A DNA stretch of 28,249 bases from a virus (IMGVR_UViG_3300036984_000053:1-28249); one strand, 5' to 3'; positions 9,094-17,175 are shown, counted from the stretch's first letter. Numbers and translations are program-made. Notes: generated by a model not told the origin, from the sequence alone.

Positions 9094-10268
9094 TAGTTTC
9101 TCCTAAATATTGGAGTGCAAATATACCCTTTACGTACTGCACCTCTTGAGATATCTTCTAGACTCTTTTGAACAGCAACAAGAACGTCCCTATAGACTCT
9201 AACTGTGTGAGAAGTAGTCACAAACCATGCTTTACCTAAAATCACTTTGTAGAAAGCCATTCTCTCAAAAAATACAGTTTTGTACTCTTCATCGCCGACC
9301 CATTCACCTCTAGTGTTATAACCTACAAGTTGTAACTTATCAGCAGGAAGCAGTTTATTCACTTGCTTCTTAAACATTCCTGCTCTGTTCCAAAATCTAT
9401 CTAAATCGTATCTAGTCACAAGTTGTATTGTCTTGAGTGCTTCCTGTAAAGCAGACTGCTCACCATTATGTGTGTTAGAAATAAACACACCATCCATGTC
9501 TAGAATTTTACTAGGACCTGCAAGAACAGCAATGGGATAACCATTGCCTAATGCTTTACCAAAGCAAATCAAGTCAGGTTTGATCCCCCACCATTGAGAA
9601 ATACAAAAGTAAGGAACTCTCCATCCAGTGATTATCTCGTCAAATATCAATACAATACCATAACTTGTACAAATCTTTCTCAATTCTATTAGTTGCTTCT
9701 GTCTACTCTCACTAATATCAAGTTGAACTGGTTCTACAATAACAGCAGCAATATCAAGAGTAGAAGCATTTTGCAACTCATGACTTCTCTTGATAAATAA
9801 CATCAAATCTTCAAGTTTATCGAACTTAACATAACCTTCATCTACAGTTCCCAACCCTGGTTTCTCTGCTGCTATTGACCAGTTGCAACAACCATGATAT
9901 CCTGTTCCCAACACTACTTTCTTACCAGTATATGCTCGAGCAAATCGAACAGCAGCTTCACAAGCAGCACTTCCTGTCTTCAAAAACTTTACTTTTTGGA
10001 TGAATCTAATTTTCTTCTTAATAGCTTCAGCAAGTAGAGGTTCATATATAGAAGCTTTACAGAAATTGTTCTTAATCTCAGTAAGATTAGAACCCAAGCC
10101 ACAAACCATATCAACATACCAATTATTATCACTTCCCAAGATTTTTGGTCCATGGCTGTCTAAAATATGAGTAGGGTGATTAAAAACATACTGGTCTGGT
10201 CTCTTGCTAAAAGTGGTACAACCCTGACTAATTGAGTTTTCCTGTAGCTTTTGGTACAACATGTACAA
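9093..10268 (-). CDS. Class III PLP-dependent aminotransferase (GSA-aminomutase-like, sugar pathway)
   Basis: FLKTGSAACEAAVRFARAYTG, GYHG, VIVEP, LIFDEIITGWR, PDLICFGKALGNGYPI. Confidence 0.88.
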   Translation of the reverse strand: MYMLYQKLQENSISQGCTTFSKRPDQYVFNHPTHILDSHGPKILGSDNNWYVDMVCGLGSNLTEIKNNFCKASIYEPLLAEAIKKKIRFIQKVKFLKTGSAACEAAVRFARAYTGKKVVLGTGYHGCCNWSIAAEKPGLGTVDEGYVKFDKLEDLMLFIKRSHELQNASTLDIAAVIVEPVQLDISESRQKQLIELRKICTSYGIVLIFDEIITGWRVPYFCISQWWGIKPDLICFGKALGNGYPIAVLAGPSKILDMDGVFISNTHNGEQSALQEALKTIQLVTRYDLDRFWNRAGMFKKQVNKLLPADKLQLVGYNTRGEWVGDEEYKTVFFERMAFYKVILGKAWFVTTSHTVRVYRDVLVAVQKSLEDISRGAVRKGYICTPIFRRN

Positions 10269-10878
10269 CCCTTTGATTTAGAAGTTGATTTACTCTGTCA
10301 AAATCCTCTTGTGTATCTATTGAAATTTTAGGGAACCAAGATTTGTCATAAAACTCTTTGTAGACTAGAGTTTTCCACTCAGAGCAAGTTTTCTCTATGT
10401 CTAACTTCAAGTCAAGACTTACGTGTTCTCTCTCTTTTGAGTTCTTGTGCAAGTATGTCAACAGTTTCATAGAGTAGATGTCAATGTCATGACCGTCAGC
10501 ACAAGTTGTAAAATTAGTAGTAAAGTCAAGTTCATTTTTCTCATGACAGTAGAGCATGTACATCAAAGCTGCTTCAGAGAACATTGGGCAGTCACTTGTG
10601 ATCCTGACGACATTTGAAGCTAAATATGTTTTAGCTGCTTGATAATGTCGATCTACTAAATCTTTCAAGTCTCCCTCAAAATATGGTAAGTTTCTTTGAA
10701 CACAATATGTGTGAGTCTCTTCATCACCAAAAGGAATTATCACTATAGAGTCTCTAAGTGAGCTGCACTTGTAGTAGACAGTTTCAAGAACAGATAGTCC
10801 GATGTCTAGTTGTTTGAATATTTTACCAGGGAGTCTTGTGCTACTACTTCTCGCTTGAATAAGAATTTTTGTCGACAT
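10228..10878 (-). CDS. SpsF-like cytidylyltransferase (CMP-nonulosonate synthetase family)
   Basis: IQARSSSTRLPGK, VRITSDCP, REHV, ISIDTQEDF; start taken at MSTKILIQAR. Confidence 0.85.
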   Translation of the reverse strand: MSTKILIQARSSSTRLPGKIFKQLDIGLSVLETVYYKCSSLRDSIVIIPFGDEETHTYCVQRNLPYFEGDLKDLVDRHYQAAKTYLASNVVRITSDCPMFSEAALMYMLYCHEKNELDFTTNFTTCADGHDIDIYSMKLLTYLHKNSKEREHVSLDLKLDIEKTCSEWKTLVYKEFYDKSWFPKISIDTQEDFDRVNQLLNQRVVHVVPKATGKLN

Positions 10879-11125
10879 GTAATAACCCATCTTTGAAAGA
10901 AGTTTTGAGTCTCAACAGTTTCTCTTTAGCTTCTTGAGAAAGTTCAACACCTTTAGTTCTAAGAAATTTGATCACACCAATACCTGTGTTCAAGTAACCA
11001 ATGGGATCTGGCTCTTTGGTAGATGTCTTGTAGAGAATCAAATTGTAGGAGGAGAACATCAACTTGTAATCGTTATCTAGGTCGAACAGGTTTACGTTTA
11101 ATTCTGGCATATCTACGAGTCCCAC
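10844..11125 (-). CDS. Hypothetical protein
   Basis: 93-aa ORF filling the operon gap; exact start uncertain. Confidence 0.5.
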   Translation of the reverse strand: MGLVDMPELNVNLFDLDNDYKLMFSSYNLILYKTSTKEPDPIGYLNTGIGVIKFLRTKGVELSQEAKEKLLRLKTSFKDGLLHVDKNSYSSEK

Positions 11126-11149
11126 GAGACGGGGTGTAGTGTTTTTACC

Positions 11150-11755
11150 TTAGTAACCTGGGGCTGTATGCTTTTCAAGGACTAGAGAGGTCATTTCGTA
11201 ACCTTCATGCAGTGTCCATAACTTGTCAGCATTCGTCATCCAAGTGTCTAACATAAAAATGTAACTTCTCTCGATATCTAGTAGAGTGACATTTAACTTG
11301 TTTACTGTGCATTTGAACACAGGACTTGTAGTCTCTATCTTGCAAGAGCCATTACTCAAATACACTATTTGGCACATATCCCACATAGTGCCGTCTTGAC
11401 CTGTGTAGTAATTGTTATAGGTTATCAAATTAGAGTGTTCTCTCATCCCTGGAACAAATTTCCAGTTACAAACAACTCTACTAAAGTTCATTTTGTCTAA
11501 TGAGATCAACAGAGAAATCTCTCTCAACGATTTTGAGACTGGTTTCTCTATCAAGACAGGAATTTTGTAAGTCAAAAATTCACGTAGATTCTCATAATGA
11601 GAATTTGTAGGTGTTGCTATAATGGCTCTGTCAAATGATGGCATGACAGACGGTCTAGGCAAGTCTATTTTGACAACATCATAACCTAGAAAATCAAGAC
11701 AAGCACAGTATCGCCTGCCGATCGACCCATTGCTTCCAACTATTGCTATTTTCAT
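11150..11755 (-). CDS. Gfo/Idh/MocA family NAD(P)-dependent oxidoreductase (short form)
   Basis: MKIAIVGSNGSIGRRY Rossmann motif, IIATPTNSH, VLIEKP. Confidence 0.8.
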   Translation of the reverse strand: MKIAIVGSNGSIGRRYCACLDFLGYDVVKIDLPRPSVMPSFDRAIIATPTNSHYENLREFLTYKIPVLIEKPVSKSLREISLLISLDKMNFSRVVCNWKFVPGMREHSNLITYNNYYTGQDGTMWDMCQIVYLSNGSCKIETTSPVFKCTVNKLNVTLLDIERSYIFMLDTWMTNADKLWTLHEGYEMTSLVLEKHTAPGY

Positions 11756-12072
11756 TAGAACTCAATTTCTTTTTTGGTGTACCCATTAGTAGTGACTATG
11801 TCATTTGATATCACAAAGCCATCTATGCACTCAACTTCATCTTGTGAAAGTAAACAACTTAATGTTACAAGACTACATCTAATTGCAGCTAATGGATTTG
11901 CATTAAATGCTTTATCTGAAATTTTAGCATAATAAGGCACTTTGTTAAGTTTAGTAATATCACACTCACTTTTGTCTTTAAGACTTTTAACATTTCCTTC
12001 ACGATTACGATAATAGTCGAAAATGTTTTTCTTAAAAAACTCAAGTACTTCTAGCATTTCTTCTTGTTTCAT
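11755..12072 (-). CDS. Hypothetical protein
   Basis: 105-aa ORF, translationally coupled (TAATG) to the next gene. Confidence 0.6.
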   Translation of the reverse strand: MKQEEMLEVLEFFKKNIFDYYRNREGNVKSLKDKSECDITKLNKVPYYAKISDKAFNANPLAAIRCSLVTLSCLLSQDEVECIDGFVISNDIVTTNGYTKKEIEF

Positions 12073-12144
12073 TTATTGTACCTTAAAGTTTTGTACCTAA
12101 TAGCCAAACTCTGTAAATCTATACACATTTTTGACAAGTTTATC

Positions 12145-12181
12145 AAAAAAAGTGGGAGGAACTAAATCCCTCCCACTTTTT
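12145..12181 (-). terminator. Hairpin/intrinsic terminator closing pentamer array 1
   Basis: GTGGGAGG (12152-12159) pairs with CCTCCCAC (12169-12176); flanked by A7 and T5, giving a U7 tail on the - strand. Confidence 0.85.
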
Positions 12182-12266
12182 GCCTTACCTAACCAAAACG
12201 TACCTAACCCAACAAGAACGTACCTAACCCAACAAGAACGTACCTAACACCACCGTACCACACTTA
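12182..12266 (-). ncRNA. Pentamer (NN-GGY) array 1, 17 units; putative guide-like RNA
   Basis: - strand: TAAGT GTGGT ACGGT GGTGT TAGGT ACGTT CTTGT TGGGT TAGGT ACGTT CTTGT TGGGT TAGGT ACGTT TTGGT TAGGT AAGGC. 10/17 are exact NN-GGY and the rest have one mismatch. Confidence 0.75.
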
Positions 12267-12269
12267 ATC

Positions 12270-12884
12270 CTACAAGAGTTTTGAAATATCTTCTTTTCCT
12301 ATTGAGAACATTCTATCTGGACAGTCTACAAATTCATCTCCATGTATGTGTTTCTCTAGAAACTTGACTCCCTGTATCTTCAAGACATTTAATGATTGTG
12401 AGACTCCTAAGCTATGGTCGCTAAATCCCTGGAATCTAACAAACATTTCTGGACAAAAATCAATTTTGTATAAGACAGGATATTGATGATCACAAAGAAG
12501 AGGAATAACACCCGAGTGAATATCGTCTAAAAAGTCATAACTTACAAACACCTGCTCAAAATCATTACATGCAGTCTCTATCAAGTGATTGTTTCTTTGG
12601 CTCCAAGCAAACTTCACTTGAGGAATAGAAAGGTCTTGCAACAATTCATATCCTTCTTTATCCCATACACTTGCAAATACTGGTAGTTGAGGATATTCTT
12701 CTTTGCAATAGTGAACAAATGTTCTAAACAAATTCCTGTCTAGATAAATGTTCTTTGAGTTGTCTTTTGGGAATAACTGAAGTTTTAATGAGACATTGTT
12801 AAAAGAACTTAAGAATTTTGCTGTGTCTTTTAAAATTTCAATGTTGTTCCCATGATTACTTCCTAAATCAAAAATGAACTGCAT
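12270..12884 (-). CDS. NeuB/PseI/SpsE-family nonulosonic acid synthase (no C-terminal SAF domain)
   Basis: DLGSNHG, KLQLF, GFSDHSLG, LEKH, PD motifs. Start moved to the ATG at 12884 behind AAAGGAGG. Confidence 0.82.
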   Translation of the reverse strand: MQFIFDLGSNHGNNIEILKDTAKFLSSFNNVSLKLQLFPKDNSKNIYLDRNLFRTFVHYCKEEYPQLPVFASVWDKEGYELLQDLSIPQVKFAWSQRNNHLIETACNDFEQVFVSYDFLDDIHSGVIPLLCDHQYPVLYKIDFCPEMFVRFQGFSDHSLGVSQSLNVLKIQGVKFLEKHIHGDEFVDCPDRMFSIGKEDISKLL

Positions 12885-12899
12885 ATCAAACCTCCTTTG

Positions 12900-12927
12900 A
12901 AAAATAGGGGGAGAAAGCTCTCCCCCT
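12900..12927 (-). terminator. Hairpin closing pentamer array 2
   Basis: AGGGGGAGA (12906-12914) pairs with TCTCCCCCT (12919-12927), 4-nt loop, followed by ATTTTT on the - strand. Confidence 0.8.
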
Positions 12928-12933
12928 CTCAAC

Positions 12934-12993
12934 TCCGCACCTCAACATACCTTGTCATACCTTGCCACGCCATACCTTATCTTGCCGCACCAT
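12934..12993 (-). ncRNA. Pentamer (NN-GGY) array 2, 12 units; putative guide-like RNA
   Basis: - strand: ATGGT GCGGC AAGAT AAGGT ATGGC GTGGC AAGGT ATGAC AAGGT ATGTT GAGGT GCGGA. 8/12 exact; starts 5 nt after the stop codon of the RAMP-like gene. Confidence 0.8.
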
Positions 12994-12998
12994 AGACA

Positions 12999-13592
12999 TT
13001 ATCTAACTTCTATTTTTGTTACTTGAAATCTACCATAAGTAGGCCTAAAGTCTCCTACACCACACAATCTACCTGCATCAATAAGAACTTCATGAAAAAA
13101 TTCTTGTGAAATATATTCAGGTAGAATGATCGTGAAAGAAAGTTTGCACTCCCACCCTTTAAGCAAAGCAGGCCTTACTCTAACAATAGCAGCTGAACCA
13201 ATTTTTACTCTCGCCCTATGATAATAATCAGGAGTAGATTTTCCTAAGGGAATTAGATCTTCTTCACAAAAAACACCTGCTTTCATTAAATCTAACATAG
13301 ACTTTTTGGGAGACCTTGGATCTTTTCTAAACTTAGCAGCATAAACAACAGACATTCTAAAATGCTCTGAAGGAATGCAAATTCTGTTTTGTTCGTCTTT
13401 ATAAAGGTAAGTGTCAGGTTCAGGATATTTTTTAGACCCTTTTCTTTTGTTGTCTCCCTCAATAGACTCTTCAATAGAATATTTATGGAACAATAAGTCT
13501 GATGTTCCCCTGACACTCACATTTAAGGTGTAAGGAGCACAAACTTCTACTGTAGAAAACTCTTCCTGACCAATTTTTGTTTCTTCAGTCAT
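12999..13592 (-). CDS. Stand-alone RAMP/Cas7-like RNA-binding protein associated with the pentamer arrays
   Basis: AAAGGAGG RBS. N-terminal strand YTLNVSVRGTSDLLFH, ICIPSEHFRMSV (IP+helix, as in RAMPs), and C-terminal Gly-rich loop GRLCGVGDFRPTYGRFQV. No other cas genes in the window. Confidence 0.65.
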   Translation of the reverse strand: MTEETKIGQEEFSTVEVCAPYTLNVSVRGTSDLLFHKYSIEESIEGDNKRKGSKKYPEPDTYLYKDEQNRICIPSEHFRMSVVYAAKFRKDPRSPKKSMLDLMKAGVFCEEDLIPLGKSTPDYYHRARVKIGSAAIVRVRPALLKGWECKLSFTIILPEYISQEFFHEVLIDAGRLCGVGDFRPTYGRFQVTKIEVR

Positions 13593-14137
13593 CTGGTACC
13601 CTCCTTTAGTTTTTTTAGTCTAAGTTTCTCTTTCATGTCTAAAATCTGTTCTCTACACTCATACATAGGAAGCAACCTTTCTCTCTCATTAAGCCATCTT
13701 TGTAATTCGAATGGTTCTAAAGGTTTTGGAGTTTGCATTGGTTGGGGAGGGAGATTAACCATATATCTCATCTCTTCTAAAGTCAACATCTCAGCATTTG
13801 GTTCATTATGTCTCTTAAGTTTAAGTAACAGTTTTTCTACAAAATCATCTTCTTTTCTATTGTAGTAAAAATAAGACATTTCTTTTAAGAACTTATTGAT
13901 GTCTACAAATTTTTTGTCAGCTAAACAATTATCAAGTGCAATAGTTATCTTTTCTATAGTTACTCCTCTTTCAACCAAATCTTCATCTAATGGCATTAAG
14001 TCGACAGGTAGAATTTTTAAAGGGAAATCTTTAAATCTACTTTCAATTAAATCTATAAATTTCGATTTTAATTCATAGACTTCATTTGTGTTTTTGCTCT
14101 TAATAAATGATTTTAAACTTTGATTTGTAGATGACAT
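13589..14137 (-). CDS. Hypothetical protein (possibly replication-associated)
   Basis: AAAGGA RBS; 182 aa charged helical protein; ATGA overlap with the RAMP-like gene; lies next to the origin-like non-coding region. Confidence 0.55.
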   Translation of the reverse strand: MSSTNQSLKSFIKSKNTNEVYELKSKFIDLIESRFKDFPLKILPVDLMPLDEDLVERGVTIEKITIALDNCLADKKFVDINKFLKEMSYFYYNRKEDDFVEKLLLKLKRHNEPNAEMLTLEEMRYMVNLPPQPMQTPKPLEPFELQRWLNERERLLPMYECREQILDMKEKLRLKKLKEGTR

Positions 14138-14200
14138 TTTGTGTCCTTTTGTTGAAGACTTTTTTGCGCTTAAACTTCTATTAACTAACTATTACTCTCT

Positions 14201-14234
<34 letters not shown>

Positions 14235-14240
14235 GTTAAG

Positions 14241-14340
14241 GCAAGCATGCTTGCTAGCTAGCTTGCTTGACGCGCTTATATCTTGTTTTCAATTTCATGA
14301 CAGGCTGATGTTATGCTAGCTAGCTTGCTAGCTAGTCGCG
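14241..14340. repeat. Palindrome-rich cluster with a 16-bp direct repeat
   Basis: Perfect palindrome GCAAGCATGCTTGC (14241-14254); TGCTAGCTAGCTTGCT at 14252-14267 and 14314-14329. Confidence 0.85.
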
Positions 14341-14424
14341 TTATCTCAATCTTAAAAATATTGTATATCAAATCACATCTGTGTTATAGAGTGTTAAAAT
14401 ATATCCTATTTTTTAAACAATGTA

Positions 14425-14454
14425 ATAAATAAAATGGGGAGTTGAACTCCCCAT
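14425..14454 (-). terminator. Hairpin/terminator closing pentamer array 3
   Basis: ATGGGGAGT...ACTCCCCAT (14434-14454), followed by TTTATTTAT on the - strand. Confidence 0.8.
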
Positions 14455-14524
14455 GTCTTACCAAACCAAACCCAACATAACCATACCTTACACAACCGGA
14501 CCCGACCGTACCATACAGAACCAT
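14455..14524 (-). ncRNA. Pentamer (NN-GGY) array 3, 14 units; putative guide-like RNA
   Basis: - strand: ATGGT TCTGT ATGGT ACGGT CGGGT CCGGT TGTGT AAGGT ATGGT TATGT TGGGT TTGGT TTGGT AAGAC. 10/14 exact. Confidence 0.78.
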
Positions 14525-14527
14525 AAG

Positions 14528-14719
14528 TCACAAATATTTCGACATCCCACCTTTCAAGACCAACCAAGTGTAGAACAAGTGATTCTCAGTAGGATGCTCT
14601 TGAAAATCCTTGAACAGCTCAGGACCTATCAACAAAACAAGTCGTTTCATGGCATGTTGAAACTCAATCTTCTTTCGCTCCTCATCAATCTTGTTCTTCT
14701 GTTCGAACTTCTTTGTCAT
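14528..14719 (-). CDS. Small hypothetical protein
   Basis: GAAAGGAG RBS before the ATG at 14719 (MTKKFEQ...); first gene of the leftward block. Confidence 0.6.
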   Translation of the reverse strand: MTKKFEQKNKIDEERKKIEFQHAMKRLVLLIGPELFKDFQEHPTENHLFYTWLVLKGGMSKYL

Positions 14720-14960
14720 ACAGCTCTCCTTTCTTTCAACCATCGAATAAATTCACTAACCAAATAGGCAATGCTCTCCATCTATTCCTCCTCTTGAATG
14801 ACACGAGGGTACCTAGATCACACAGCAACAAAAAAACCTTAGTAACTATAGGCTCACAACTACTGTGAATTCTAGACCTATATCGAACGTCTCACAACCT
14901 ACTGCCTTTCTACAGTTTTTATCATCTAACTAATATCATCCCGCAAAAAGGAGCCATATT

Positions 14961-15167
14961 ATGGATATCGTCCTACCAATTTTTTTCTGCCTGGGAGTCT
15001 CACTAGGTTGTATCGTCACAATGTTTCTTTTATTTCTAGTCAAATTAACTTCTCACGAAATCGAAACAAAAGTAGTCTCAAAAAAGAAACAAGAAAACAA
15101 CCAAGTAATTCATCTAACTAACAAACGCGAACAAGAGCTCTTTGAAACATTAGAAAGTGACTTATAA
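14961..15167 (+). CDS. Small membrane-anchored hypothetical protein
   Basis: AAGGAG RBS; one N-terminal hydrophobic helix and a charged tail. Confidence 0.6.
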   Translation: MDIVLPIFFCLGVSLGCIVTMFLLFLVKLTSHEIETKVVSKKKQENNQVIHLTNKREQELFETLESDL

Positions 15168-15634
15168 TGGCTTGGCCAGCAAGAAAAGGTCCCTCAGCCA
15201 AAATGTCTTTTCTTGTAGACCCTGCTAAAGGCTCACTCCCTCTTGTCAACGAGCTCTACGAAAAAGCAATTCAACACATAATTAAAAACCCAAGCCAATC
15301 TTATGCTCAAATAGCAGACAGCTTAGGCTACAAATCAGCTTGGATATACAAACTCTTAAACACTCATGACGTTCAAGCCAGATACAACTTTCTCATGCAG
15401 AAATCAGCAGAGAAAGCAATTGTTACAAGGGATTACGTAATCAGGGGCTTATATAAGGAACATCAAGAAGCCCAAAAATCATCAGATAGGCTTCGTGCAC
15501 TCGAGCTACTTGGGAAGACACTCGCGTTATACACAGATAAGCATCAAATTACAGGGCTCCCAAAACGTCTAGTCATTAGAACTAAAACAGCAGTAGAGGA
15601 AATTACACCAGATGTCTCTACCAACACTAATTGA
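15167..15634 (+). CDS. terS: Terminase small subunit
   Basis: HTH-like SYAQIADSLGYKSAWIYKLL, LRALELLGKTLALYTDK motif, directly upstream of TerL. Confidence 0.8.
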   Translation: MAWPARKGPSAKMSFLVDPAKGSLPLVNELYEKAIQHIIKNPSQSYAQIADSLGYKSAWIYKLLNTHDVQARYNFLMQKSAEKAIVTRDYVIRGLYKEHQEAQKSSDRLRALELLGKTLALYTDKHQITGLPKRLVIRTKTAVEEITPDVSTNTN

Positions 15635-16937
15635 CACAGACGATCTTCTTGATATCACTCTCCACGAATATCAAGAACGAGCACTCTACTCTACAAAACG
15701 AATCACAGCACTCATCTCTGGCATCCAAGGCGGCAAAACAAGAATCGGCGGTCTCTGGATGGCTCGCAAAATAGCTGAGTTCGATCAACCAAAAAACACT
15801 TTCATCATTGCTGGTCCCAACTACAAGCTCATGGAGAAATCCACAATCCCTTGGGCACTCTCACTACTAAAAGGCTGCGGTACTCTTGACAAAAACCTTA
15901 ACAGATTCACTCTAAATGGGGGAGGCACACTCTGGTTCGCCTCAATGACAGATAATGACTCTGTTGAAGGAGCAACAAACGTAAGAGGGATCTGGATCGA
16001 CGAGGCTGGTAAAATACGTTACAATGCTTGGATTAACTTGTTTGCTCGATCATCATTCTCACAATGCCCTATATTTATCACAACAACTCCCTATGCTCTC
16101 AACTGGCTCTACAAAGAGATCTATCTACCCTGGTTACAAAAGACAAGAGACGACATAGAGATCATACAGTTCAGGTCTTGTGACAATCCCTATTTCCCTA
16201 AAGAAGAATACGATAACCAGAAACGAATACTTGACCCAAGAGTATTCGAAATGCGCTATGGCGGCACGTTCCAACGAATGGCTGGACTTGTATACCCAGA
16301 ACTAGACGAACTCAACTATATAGAGGACTCTAAACCAGCAGCAAACTTCTTTGAATATTATGCTGGTGTTGACATTGGTTTCTCTAACCCTTTTGCTGTC
16401 ACTATACGAGCAATCAAGAAGGATGGAACACAAGATATTCAAGTAGCAGAGTTCTATCGTTCGTTCTTGAATCCTGTAGAACGTACAAACGTTCTCAAAC
16501 AACTACATCAAGTCTACAACTTCAAGCAGTGCTTTATAGACAGCGCACATCCAGATGATATCGCTTTGTTCTCGAGTGCAGGATTACCAGCAACTGGCGT
16601 AGTCAAGGGAGCAAACTCTGTAGCATTTGGAATTCAACTACATCAAGAGATAATCAAAACTAAAGTCTATCGCATTATAGCAACCAAATGCCCTAATACA
16701 CTTGACGAATACAGCACATATCACTATCAAGAAAAAGAAGACACTCTAGAGAAGAACATCAAAGAAGACCCTGTGCAAGTAAAAGACCACCTCATGGATG
16801 CTAACCGTTACGTGACAATGATGACAGTTAACTTGAGGAATAAAGCAAAGGCTCCATTCAAGCCTGAGAAAACTCACTTGCAACATCTACTACACGGTGA
16901 CTACAAAAAGAAAGAGAACGACTGGTACAACAACTGA
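15612..16937 (+). CDS. terL: Terminase large subunit
   Basis: LHEYQ, Walker A SGIQGGKT, Walker B IWIDEAG, motif III TTTP, nuclease motifs GVDIGFSNP and DHLMDANRY. Confidence 0.95.
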   Translation: MSLPTLIDTDDLLDITLHEYQERALYSTKRITALISGIQGGKTRIGGLWMARKIAEFDQPKNTFIIAGPNYKLMEKSTIPWALSLLKGCGTLDKNLNRFTLNGGGTLWFASMTDNDSVEGATNVRGIWIDEAGKIRYNAWINLFARSSFSQCPIFITTTPYALNWLYKEIYLPWLQKTRDDIEIIQFRSCDNPYFPKEEYDNQKRILDPRVFEMRYGGTFQRMAGLVYPELDELNYIEDSKPAANFFEYYAGVDIGFSNPFAVTIRAIKKDGTQDIQVAEFYRSFLNPVERTNVLKQLHQVYNFKQCFIDSAHPDDIALFSSAGLPATGVVKGANSVAFGIQLHQEIIKTKVYRIIATKCPNTLDEYSTYHYQEKEDTLEKNIKEDPVQVKDHLMDANRYVTMMTVNLRNKAKAPFKPEKTHLQHLLHGDYKKKENDWYNN

Positions 16938-16993
16938 AACTTAGCGCGAGGATCTCACGCGCAGACTTACATCTTGCATAGGAGAAGAACACA

Positions 16994-17173
16994 ATGGAAC
17001 TAGTAAAAGAGTTTGGCCAATTTGGAGCAATGGGATTAGTAGCAGCAGTGCTGTTTTGGCAAATATCTAGACTTCAAGATAAGTTGATACAAATTATAGA
17101 GAGAAACACAACAGCATTTCAAGAACTAAAGTCTATTATTGAGAAGTGCCAGTTCTCTCACAACAGAGACTAA
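16994..17173 (+). CDS. Small single-TM protein, holin-like (59 aa), not in ORF track
   Basis: AGGAG RBS; MELVKEFGQFGAMGLVAAVLFWQISRLQDKLIQIIERNTTAFQELKSIIEKCQFSHNRD*, a TM helix plus coiled coil as in BhlA/UviB-type holins. Confidence 0.55.
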   Translation: MELVKEFGQFGAMGLVAAVLFWQISRLQDKLIQIIERNTTAFQELKSIIEKCQFSHNRD

Positions 17174-17175
17174 CT

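Noticed and set aside
9093-10268. hemL (tetrapyrrole synthesis) as an auxiliary metabolic gene
   Set aside because: Same fold, but the context next to SpsF-, PseB- and NeuB-like genes favours a sugar aminotransferase.
12182-12266. CRISPR array or plain VNTR
   Set aside because: There are no 25-45-nt repeats with unique spacers. The 20-nt duplication is embedded in a longer 5-nt-period tract whose pattern recurs at two other sites.
6705-12884. Host chromosomal island flanking a prophage
   Set aside because: It is flanked on both sides by virion genes, interleaved with phage-type small ORFs, and no integrase, att site or housekeeping gene is seen.
12885-12932. N-terminal extension of the NeuB-like ORF given in the track
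   Set aside because: It runs through the hairpin; a strong AAAGGAGG precedes the ATG at 12884, where family similarity begins.
14453-14767. 104-aa + strand ORF (MSYQTKPNITIPY...)
   Set aside because: It is the antisense reading of array 3 and of the 14528-14719 gene, it starts inside a hairpin, and its low-complexity N-terminus is a by-product of the pentamers.
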